Positions 54,241 through 64,000 of a DNA stretch of 64,000 bases are shown here, in pieces. The notes beneath the pieces are model-generated. The model did not search any database. It was not told the DNA's origin and saw nothing but the letters and a program-made list of their open reading frames with translations. Every line of letters begins with the position of its first letter. Positions within the stretch are counted from its first letter, which is position 1. Where the stretch lies: NCBI GenBank assembly GCA_038087875.1, contig CM075977.1, positions 142,662,001 to 142,726,000 on the forward strand, given 5' to 3'. The position numbers were made by a program, and so were the translations under genes. The stretch comes from Malacoraja senta. Its lineage: Eukaryota.

Positions 54241-55363
54241 TTAAAAGGCTTTAAACCACCGTTTAAAACATCGCACTTACTGATGACGGCTCCTATACTC
54301 AAATCCTTTCGCTATGAATGCTAACATACCATTCGCTTTCTTCACTGCCTGCTGCACCTGCATGCCTACTTTCAATGACTGGTGTACCATGACACCCAGG
54401 TCTCGTTGCATCTCCCCTTTTGCCATGTACTCTTGACTCTTACTCTACAATCTTGCACTATTCTGCTGTTTTGCACTTATTATTGTATTCATCATTCCAG
54501 TTTGTATAGTGTGTACTGTTGACTCTGTGAGTTTCATGTGAACAAGGAATTGCAATGTCCTCTGCTATGACAACATTTAACACAAATCTAATTTGAATCT
54601 GTTCCTTCAATAGATCAAAAATTCCTTCATGGATGCTCTTCTACTCTCTTACTTTTCCACTTTCAAGGCAAACCCTAAACCTACCTCATTGATTCAGGTT
54701 CTTTTGTGTCATATGCCCAAGTATGTGGCTTTGGGTCAGACTTTACTTGGTATGTGCTATGGAATTCCTTCTTGTCTTTAGCAAACATACAAATATAAAT
54801 TTCTCTAGATGAAATAGTTGAAATGCAGAGCTGTGGTAAACAGATTAAAAAATTGATGTTTACTATATTCTTCTACAAAATAATTATTTTTTTGCGTAGA
54901 ATCCAATGTGTAAATTTTTGAGAAGTTATGAAAATCCAAGTGATTCCTGTGAAACCATTAACAGCTGATGCACTTTCACATCAGCACATTTACCACGATG
55001 AACAACTTAGCGAAAAATGAGAGATTTATTTTACAGAATATATAATGGAAAATGTCAGGATTTATAGAAATACTAGACTAAGTGGGACCCGTTGGGTCCC
55101 ATGTTCACACGGGAGGGCTGGTCCCCAACGCAATATTCCACCTCTCCACCAATTCCAATATTGGTGGCCAGTGGTGGGGGGGGGGGCTTTCTGGAGCGCT
55201 AGTATGGGTATTGTGGGCTGATGGGACTGGTTTCCAGTGGGCTAGTATGGACATTGTGGGCCAACTCGATTATTGGGGTGACAGCTCAGTCACTCAAGCC
55301 TGATGTGCTGGCAGCTCACTCACGGCTGGTGGGCGAGCAGTTGATTCACGGCTATTCCTTGAA

Positions 55364-55710
55364 ATTCCATTTCAAGCAGGGTGCAAGCCCACCAAATTCA
55401 AATGCAGTTTCCTACCATTTCATGCAGGGTGCAAGGCCACCGAATTCAAGTGCAGATTCATACCACTTCAAGCAGGGTGCAGGGCCACCAAACTCAAGTG
55501 CAGTTTCCTACCACTTCAAGCAGGGTGCAAGGCCACCAAATTCAAGTGCAGTTTCATACCACTTCAAGCAGGGTGCAAGACAACCAAATTGAAGTGCAGT
55601 TTCATACCATTTGAAGCAGGTTGCAAGGCCACCAAATTCAAGTGCAGTTTCATACCATTTCAAGCAGGGTGCAAGGCCACCAAATTCAAATGCAGTTTCA
55701 TTCCATTTCA
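55364..55710. repeat. 48-bp minisatellite, ~7 copies (inside H7)
   Basis: Unit tttcaagcagggtgcaaggccaccaaattcaagtgcagtttcatacca. Produces a 16-aa periodicity in the ORF track. Confidence 0.9.
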
Positions 55711-56093
55711 AGGACGGACCATAAAACCACACAAAACACCGCATAAACACCACACTCACAGTTCAGTAGACATTCAGTGTGTTCAGTTGATTCACAGCTC
55801 AGATAGTGTCGTGACCTCTCCTTCCCCCATCTTGCAGAGACTGAGCCACACCCACACTTCCGGGTTTTATAATCCCTTCCCACCAGAAGGGGCGTGGCCT
55901 TCATGGCGTGATTGACAGGAGAGAGATTCTCAACTTTTTTTTAAACACTAATAACACTTTTATTTTTCATTGATGGGAAGAATCCTCTGCACCTGATGAG
56001 CGGAGGGGGACTGAGTAAGATGGCCAAAAATCACAGCCGTAAGTGGTAGCGTTTTATCTAAAATCAATATAGAGTGCAAACAGGAAGTTGTCA

Positions 56094-56445
56094 AGTTACC
56101 ACCACTAACATCCATTTGCAGTGCAGCATTTCAAAGCAGTTACCACCACCAACAATCATTTGCAGTGCAGCATTTCAAAGCAGTTACCACCACCAACAAC
56201 CATTTGCAGTGCAGCATTTCAAAGCAGTTACCACCACCAACAACCATTTGCAGTGCAGCATTTCAAAGCAGTTACCACCACCAACAATCATTTGCAGTGC
56301 AGCATTTCAAAGCAGTTACCACCACCAACAACCATTTGCAGTGCAGCATTTCAAAGCAGTTACCACCACCAACAACCATTTGCAGTGCAGCATTTCAAAG
56401 CAGTTACCACCACCAACAACCATTTGCAGTGCAGCATTTCAAAGC
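56094..56445. repeat. 44-bp minisatellite, 8 copies (inside H7)
   Basis: Unit agttaccaccaccaacaaccatttgcagtgcagcatttcaaagc. Copies are nearly identical, with no spacers. Confidence 0.95.
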
Positions 56446-56851
56446 AATCACATTTTCATTTTCAAACCACATTAAGGGCACTCACAGTTGAGTAGACATG
56501 TGTTCAGTGTTATTCACAGCTCAGAGAGACGTGACCCTCTCACTTCCTCCATCTTGCAGAGACTGAGTGAGGCCAACACTTCCGGGTTTTATAGTCCCTC
56601 CCCCCTCCCACCAGCAGGAGCAGCAGAGAGAATGTCAACATTTTTAAAACATTATAAACTCTTATTTTTCATCGATGGGAAAAATCCTCTTGTCCTGCGC
56701 AGCGGAGGGGGACTCTGAGTAAGATGGTCAAAAATCACAGCCGTAAGTGGCAGCGATTTTTCAAAAATCATGAAACAGAAAAACAGGAAGTGGTCAAGAT
56801 CTTACTTTTAGTAATATAGATAAATGCTGTGCCCATCAGTCACCCTATTAT

Positions 56852-56986
56852 GTAGGAAGGAACTGCAGATACTGGTTTAAACCGAAGATAGACACAAAAC
56901 TCTGGAGTAACAGGCAGCATCTCTGGAGAGAAGGAGTGGGTGACGTTTCGGGTCGTGACCCTTGTTCAGACTCAAGTCTGAAGAAG
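56852..56986 (-). mobile_element. Penelope-terminus-derived element with short inverted arm and ~14-bp TSD
   Basis: Reverse complement of the Penelope terminus, flanked by agt(c/g)accctattat. Confidence 0.75.
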
Positions 56987-58213
56987 AGTGACCCTATTAT
57001 TCCATACTAACAAAAATTGGATTGAAAGCTCCATGCATTACCAATTGTTGTACAGCTTCAATACAACTAGGCCAGTATTGTGTATGTCTGCTGCCATTCA
57101 TGCCATGGTGAGAAGGCAGGAACGGGGTATCGAATGTGGATGGTCAGCCATGATCACAGTGAATGGCGGTGCTGGCTCGAAGGGCCGAATGGCCTACTAT
57201 TGTCTATTGTAAAGGGACACAATTTTGCCAGAGGTAGATATGATAGACAACCTTCAGAGCTGCCTCAATCGTCTGCTCCTTCTAGCAACAGTGAAGTAGC
57301 AGCGGTGCTGTACTTGCAAAGATATTGTTTCATCTACTTTGACTTTAACCATTAAGCACCCTTAGGTTCCTATTTACCATCTAAACATTTTCTTCAAAAG
57401 GAACATTTGCCACCCACTTAGTTTTCAGATGATTTGTGGATCATAAGCATATCTAGGAAGCACAAGACTTCATCCTTGGGGAGCCCACACTTTCAGGAAC
57501 ATTCAATGGCCAGAGGAATAACTCTTGCAAAACATACAGGTATTTCTTTGCGAGAACTGCCAGTGTTGATGTCCAGCATGCCACATGACTTACAAAATAC
57601 GTTAGAACAGATTTAAGGCTGGTATTTGCCTGGGGATTAATTTATTCAACATAAAATATATATAATCTCAAATAGTGAATAAATGAATATTCTAAATGTA
57701 TTAATTCTAATTATTTTGTGAAAATCTGATTGTGGTTATTTTGCCTATCAAATCTTGACTAAACTGCGATTTTACACTTAATTTTCTATTTCCAGCATTT
57801 ATGATTTCTTAAAAACCTTTCATCCAAACTTTACAGCCGATTGAATTTCTAGATGGAAAATAAAGTGTAACACAATAACTTGAGAAATAAGAGCAGGAGG
57901 AAGCAATTCAATTCCTCAAGCCATCTTCACTACTCAAGAAAGACATGGTGAATCTTCAATCTCAACACAATTTTCTTCTATCCCCATATCCATTGATTCC
58001 TCCAATATCCAAATTTCTATTGATCTCAGAGCTGATCAAAATAAATGACTGAAACCCCAATGTCTTCTGGGGAAGTGTATTCTAGAAAATCACCACACTT
58101 TCAGAGATGATCGTTCTTATCATTTGTCCAAAATACCCAACTTCTTATTTTCACACTCTGAGCTCCTGGGACCACGGGAGGCACCCCATTGCTTATTGGT
58201 CAAGATCATTTTA

Positions 58214-58605
58214 AAGCCCCTGTCCCACTTAGGAGACCTAAACAGCAACCTCTGGTGACCTTTCCCGCCACCCAAAAAAAAATCAAGGTCAAGGTGACCT
58301 GCAACCCCCTACCACCTCCCACGCATATGTTGAAAACCTTCCTCGACTATGAAGAAAACCGGCTTTGACTAGAACTGCGACTAAAAAATTATCGATTTTT
58401 AATACGGCAACCTACTTTTAGTCGAGGCCAGTTTTAATCATGATGAAAAAATAGCAGCAACCTAGATGAAGCCTCGACCATGCGGAAACCACTTTTGTCC
58501 ATTAGGGAGAGTGACCAAAACCTCCGGTGACCTCATGGAAACCTTGGGTGGCGGGCAAGGTCACCAGAGGTTGCTGTTTAGGTCTCCTAAGTGGGACAGG
58601 GGCTT
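58214..58605. mobile_element. MITE with ~55-bp TIRs (PIF/Harbinger-like), inserted in a CR1 remnant
   Basis: aagcccctgtcccacttaggagacctaaacagcaacctctggtgacc and its inverse, with TA/TTA flanks. A related single end lies at ~25060-25168. Confidence 0.85.
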
Positions 58606-58876
58606 TAGAATTATATCCATTTCAATCAGGTCGCCTCTCATTCTTCTGTACTCTAGAGAGGCCCGGCATACTCAACCTTTCCTCAGGAGATAGACCTGCC
58701 ATCCCAGGGAAAGTCTGATGAATATTTGCTGCATTCTCTCCCCCTTAACTACATAATTTTTCAGATAAGAAAACAAAACTGTACACACGTCAAAGGTGTA
58801 ATCGCATAAAAGATGATAGTACACAAAACTACTGATATTAATAGTTTTTCATTTCTCTCACTAAATAAAAACTTAC

Positions 58877-59027
58877 ACAGGGTTTCATCGTTTGCCAGGC
58901 GGTGGAAGCAGTAGCAGACTTGGGCAACTTGACAGAGGTCCCGGTGTGGTAACAGGGTAAAAACTCTAATCCACATCTCATCAGGCAGGTAAAGCCATGG
59001 TGAATGGTTATCATCTCCTCGAGAATT
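58877..59027 (-). CDS. F-box/LRR gene, F-box exon (NSRGDDNHSPWLYLPDEMWIRVFTLLPHRDLCQVAQVCYCFHRLANDETL)
   Basis: Matches the F-box pattern LPDE..I.IF..L...DL.....VC..F..L..D..LW. Bounded by a tag acceptor and a gtaagt donor. 151 nt, ending with the T of the Trp codon. Confidence 0.92.
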
Positions 59028-60074
59028 CTAGATCAAAACAACACATGGGAGATGAAGATCCATCTTTTACTCATGTACATATGCAATGAAAATAGTGCAA
59101 ATATTAATATATTTGTTCAACACTATATTTCAGTACTACGTGGGCTATTCTGCAATGAATCAGGCTCTGGAAATTTCCATTCATTGAACCAAGTCAAAGA
59201 TCATATATATGTAACCCAAATGAGAATATGTGGAAGGCGAGTGTGTAAGGGCCATTCAACAACACTCACACCTTGCTCTTATGCATTAGGCACTGATAAA
59301 CTTGCCATGGCCGGCCCACAACTGAAACAGTGATTGACTTGCTGGTAACAGACGTTTAATTGAACCTCTCCAGCACCTGTAGATTTCTGGATGAGGGATG
59401 AATGACGCAGATGTTTCTCTGATAGTAATGTGCCAGTTTGGACACTTTGACCTAGTTTTTCAACAAAATTAAATTTTCACACAGGAGCTCAAATTTCAAA
59501 GAATGTATGAACATAAAGGCAGTATCTCATGGGATATTATACTGAAAGGTCACTTTTAATTTGCAGTTGATGCATTTACACATTGGCACCATTGGACATG
59601 GCAGAATATAGATTCTAATTTTTAGGCTGCCTTTTATGTGAAAGATGAGCCACATAAAAACCTCCTTCTACAATATATTCCCCCTTCTCCGCTTATTACA
59701 TACTAGCTGAACACAGAATAACAAACAGGCAAACTGCTGATGATTTCTCACAAATGTTACTCTGGAGCAACCTTTAAGAAATGTGAGAGGTGACCCAAAG
59801 GGGAGTCTCACTCCTTCTCCCTCATCTTATGCTTGGTGCACTCTGTAGCAATGGATCTGAGACTAGAAATCTATCAGTGTGAAAAATATACAGTCGTTTT
59901 TCAGCAAAATTAGACCCCTGTACCACACATACAGCTGGAAAGAGACTGCACCAGCAATACACATAGTTGATAGTATAACAGGAATTTATCTTCACAAATT
60001 CCCCCCACCCCAAAAAAAAGTAAATCTTTCTGGAGGTAAAACATTAGCACATTGTTGGACATTAGGACATTAGA

Positions 60075-60695
60075 TTCCCTAAGGAATCAAAGAGGTTGAC
60101 CTCAAGGATCAAAGCGGTCAACTCTGAGTGGAGCCACAGGAGATGGGCAAGATCCTCAATGAGTATTTCTCGTCTGTATTTACCGAGGAGAAAGACAGGA
60201 GGACGGAGGAACTTTGGGCAGTCAATGGAAGTGTCTTGAGAGATCGTGATCGATTGGCCAGGTGGGCTGAGGGATGGTGATGGAATTTAATACAGAGAAA
60301 TATGAGGTGCTGTATTTTGGGAAGTCTAACATGGACAGGAATTAAACAATGAATGGCAGGGCTCTGGGGAGTGTTTTAGTGCAGTGGGATCTAGGAGTGC
60401 AAGGTTTAGTCGCGGGTAGTAAGAGTGGTCATAAAGGCTTTTGGATCATTGGCCTTCATCAGTATTCATTGAGTATAGAAGTTGGGAGGACATGTTCAGT
60501 TGCCTAAAACATTGGTGAGGCCACATTTAGAGTATTGTGTTCAGTTCGAGGCACCATGTTATAGGAAAGATGTTGTCAAGTGGAAAGAGTACAGAGAATA
60601 TTTACGAGGATGTTGCCAGGACAAGAGGGTCTGAGCTATAGGGAGAGGTTGAGTAGGCTGGGTCTCTATTCCTTGGAGCACAGGAGGATGAAGGA
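60075..60695 (+). mobile_element. CR1 LINE fragment with internal deletion
   Basis: LNEYFSSVFTEE joined directly to post-RT sequence. Confidence 0.7.
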
Positions 60696-61056
60696 CAGAT
60701 AAGTTCCCAGTTTAACTCCTCAGTAAAGAAAGACAACAGCTTTTAGTACAATATTGAATGTTATACTCTGGGCACTGGGGTGGAAGTTAAAGTCAATACT
60801 TCTCTATTCAAAGATAGTGTGCTGCAATGAGAAATAAATAATACCTATTCAATAAACTCCTGTGTATAATTTGGTCTGAGGCTGATTGATGTTCAGGCTT
60901 TATATACTCCCCCATTAAAGAGTCCCTGAAGTTAACTTTTACCACTAACCAGATGATATCAGCTTGCTCCTCATCTGTTTAGCAACATTGGTCTTGCATT
61001 TAATCAATTAATTTCTAAGTTTCTTGTGTGATATATATACAAAGGTAAATACTTAC

Positions 61057-61087
61057 CAGCTTGTCACAGGATTGTGAAGCATTGTTC
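61057..61087 (-). CDS. F-box/LRR gene, small upstream coding exon (xNNASQSCDKL)
   Basis: Minus strand reads ctgcttctttcag|GAACAAT...AAGCTG|gtaagt. The exon is 31 nt and ends in phase 0, matching the phase-0 start of the F-box exon. Confidence 0.65.
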
Positions 61088-61332
61088 CTGAAAGAAGCAG
61101 AGATTTCCCCTACAAACAAATATACATTTCACGTCATTTTGTAATCTTTAACATGCAATGTTGCAAGAAGATATATACAGAGAATATTAACTGTGTAGAT
61201 TATAGTACAGCAGGAAGACACATAAGTTAATGTCAAATACATTGAGTTACAATGGAAGCTTAATGAAATAAATGTAAACAAGAATAAGAAAATACAATAT
61301 ATTTGAATAAATGAATGAATGAATAATATGTG

Positions 61333-61870
61333 CAGTATTGTGTACAGTTTTGGTCTCCAAATTTGAGGAAGGACATTCTTGCTATTGAGGGAGTGTAGCG
61401 AAGGTTCACAAGGTTAATTCCCGGGATGGCGGACTGTCATATGCTGAGAGAATGGAGCGGCTGGGCTTGTACACTCCGGAATTTAGAAGGATGAGAGGAA
61501 TCTTATTGAAACATATAAGATTATTAAGGGTTTGGACACGCCAGAGGCAAGAAAATGTTCCCGATGTTGGGGGAGTCCAGAACCCAGGGGCCACAGTTTA
61601 AGAATAAGGGGTAAGCATTTAGAACAGAGATGAGGAAACACTTTTTCACAGAAAGTTGTGAGTCTGTGGAATTCTCTTCCTCAGAGGGCAGTGGAGGTCA
61701 GTTCTCTGGATACTTTCAAGAGAGAGCTAGATAGGCTAAAGATAGCGGAGTCAGGGGATCATGGGGAGAAGGCAGGAACGGGGCACTGATTGTGGATGTG
61801 CCATGATCACATTGAATGGCGGTGTTGGCTCAAAGGGCCAAATGGCCTCCTCCTGCACCTATTGTCTATT
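61333..61870 (+). mobile_element. CR1 LINE 3' fragment
   Basis: Homologous to 33515-34012. Confidence 0.85.
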
Positions 61871-62111
61871 ATAGGTTTATTGGCCAAGTATGTACACATA
61901 CAAGGAATTTGCCTTGTTGCTCCGCTCGCAAATAACAACACGACATTCAGTAAACATTAGAATAAAACATAAAACATTAAAACATTAAGAATAAAACATT
62001 ATAGTTTAAACATGTGAATGAAATAAAATACCAGAGCAAATATGTGAAATTCTATATTAAATAGAGTGATGTTAGAAATACAGAAATACAAGTCATCTTA
62101 GATTGTAGTGT

Positions 62112-63215
62112 AACATAGAAACATAGAAACATAGAAATTTGGTGCAGGAGTAGGCCATTCGGCCCTTCGAGCCTGTACCGCCATTCAATATGATCATGGC
62201 TGATCATCCAACTCAGTATCCCCGTACCTGCCTTCTCTCCATACCCTCTGATCCCTTTAGCCACAAGGGCCACATCTAACTCCTCTCTTAAATATAGCCA
62301 ATGAACTGGCCTCAACTACCCTCTGTGGCAGAGAGTTCCAGAGATTCACCACTCTCTGTGTGAAAAAAGTTCTTCTCATCTCGGTTTTAAAGGATTTCCC
62401 CCTTATCCTTAAGCTGTGACCCCTTGTCCTGGACTTCCCCAACATCGGGAGCAATCTTCCTGCATCTAGCCTGTCCAACCCTTAAGAATTTTGTAAGTTT
62501 CTATAAGATCCCCTCTCAATCTCCTAAATTCTAGAGAGTATAAATCAAGTCTATCCAGTCTTTCTTCATAAGACAGTCCTGACATCCCAGGAATCAGTCT
62601 GGTGAACCTTCTCTGCACTCCCTCTATGGCAATAATGTCCTTCCTCAGATTTGGAGACCAAATCTGTACGCAATACTCCAGTGTGGTCTCACCAAGACCC
62701 TGTACAACTGCAGTAGAACCTCCTGCTCCTATACTCAAATCCTTTTGCTATGAAAGCTAACATACCATTCACGTTCTTCACTGCCTGCTGCACCTGCATG
62801 CCTACTTTCAATGACTGGTGTACCATGACACCCAGGTCTCGCTGCATCTCCCCTTTTCCTAGTCGGCCACCATTTAGATAATAGTCTGCTTTTCCTGTTT
62901 TTGCCACAAAATGGATAACCTCACATTTACTCCACATTATACTGCATCTGCCAAACATTTGCCCACTCACCCAGCCTATTCCAAGTCACCTTGCAGTCTC
63001 CTAGCATCCTCCTCACAGCTAACACTGCCCCCCAGCTTAGTGTCATCCGCAAACTTGAGATATTGCCTTCAATTCCTCATCCAGTAAATAGCTGGGGGTC
63101 CCAGCACTGAGCCTTGCGGTACCCCACTAGTCACTGTCTGCCATTGTGAAAAGAACCCGTTTACTCCTACTCTTTGCTTCCTGTTTGCCAGCCAGTTCTC
63201 TATCCACATCAATAC
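62112..63215 (-). mobile_element. CR1/HER1-type LINE 3' part
   Basis: KFADD region through to the (TTTCTATG)n tail. Homologous to 3132-3975. Confidence 0.9.
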
Positions 63216-64000
63216 TTGTCACTGTAAATCAGCTTGGTTATAAAAATGGTAAATGGTATCCCTTGGTTTTACATCTAAAGACACATAAAGCAGCATTCAG
63301 TTCAAGGTTATTTTGTACAAATTCTCAGCATGAGGTTGTTACGTTGTCTTCAGCCCAGGGCAAAATATAAAATCAATGGGATGCACCATTAATTCACCAC
63401 AACATTACATAAATATGAGAGACTACAGTCATTAAAAAGGTTAGGACAAGAGGGGTGATAGTTAATGCAGATAATGAAATATATTACTTTAAATAGTTTG
63501 TTTGCTAAAAAAAGTTAGAATTCAACGGTCGTCAGAAATAATTAAAGATGAATTTAGAAAAGCATGTCACACAGTAAACATGAAAGGTGACAAGTACATA
63601 AAAAGTAAGTGAGATTAGACTATATGGCTAATACAGGGAAAAAATAAAGGAGATTTTAAAGGTAAATATCATTTTGTAAAATTCATTAATACTGTAATAC
63701 CAAATGCAGTAAATGAATCTCAGCAATTGAACACGATGAACTACCTCTTGCACTAAAATCGTAATTGTGTTTTGCATTCAGGTCTTGATTTTTTAACAGT
63801 CTTTTTTGTGTTAATTGTGTAATTTATGTATAATTTATGTTATATATCTGTCAAGATGAGTCCAGGAGACGGTGTGTATGAACATATATGAGCAGTAATC
63901 GGCCATTCAGCCCCTCCATCCTTTTTCCATTATTCAATATAATCATGCTGATATGCCTTAGTCCTCATCTCCTCTTCGGCATTTATCTTTACACGCATTA

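Larger units (their letters stand above)
48123..54288 (-). mobile_element. Near full-length L1-clade LINE (~6.2 kb), ORFs disrupted
   Basis: ORF1 and ORF2 present, A-rich tail at 48123-48163, and a 34-bp direct duplication at 48089-48122 and 54289-54322. Confidence 0.93.
47478..54421 (-). mobile_element. CR1/HER1-type LINE interrupted by the L1
   Basis: LVRPHLEYCVQFWSP peptide and (TTTCTATG)n tail. The sequence resumes after the L1. Confidence 0.9.
55073..56820 (-). mobile_element. Non-autonomous Helitron-like element H7 (two-module composite)
   Basis: Minus strand reads a|TCTATATTACTAAAAGTAAGATCTTG ... gggacccaacgggtccc hairpin then acttagtCTAG|t. Exact A|T site. Confidence 0.88.

Noticed and set aside
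56094-56445. CRISPR-like regular repeat
   Set aside because: Units are contiguous with no unique spacers, there are no cas genes, and the context is eukaryotic. It is a minisatellite.

Overview
Vertebrate (eukaryotic) genomic DNA, most likely a cartilaginous fish such as a skate or ray. This is inferred from abundant CR1/HER1-type LINEs with (TTTCTATG)n tails plus Rex/Babar and Penelope repeats. The window lies within one minus-strand host gene: six phase-compatible coding exons (61057-61087, 58877-59027, 29087-29256, 15118-15272, 12041-12118, 552-741) encode an F-box followed by leucine-rich repeats. Neither the start nor the stop is recognisable in the window. The introns are mostly transposon-derived. 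The most striking structure is a family of seven non-autonomous Helitron-like elements (~11 kb in total). They share 5'-TC/TATTACTAAAA and hairpin+CTRR-3' termini, insert at A|T, and each carries different cargo: a SAC3D1-like exon, promoter-like cassettes and several minisatellites. Also present are a 903-bp miniature Gypsy element with identical LTRs and a tRNA-Trp PBS, a near full-length L1 with a 34-bp target duplication nested in CR1 nested in Rex, Penelope-derived fold-back elements with hammerhead-like cores and ~14-bp TSDs, two MITEs, and piggyBac and hAT fossils. There are four assembly gaps. All calls were made by eye, and boundaries of old repeats are approximate.
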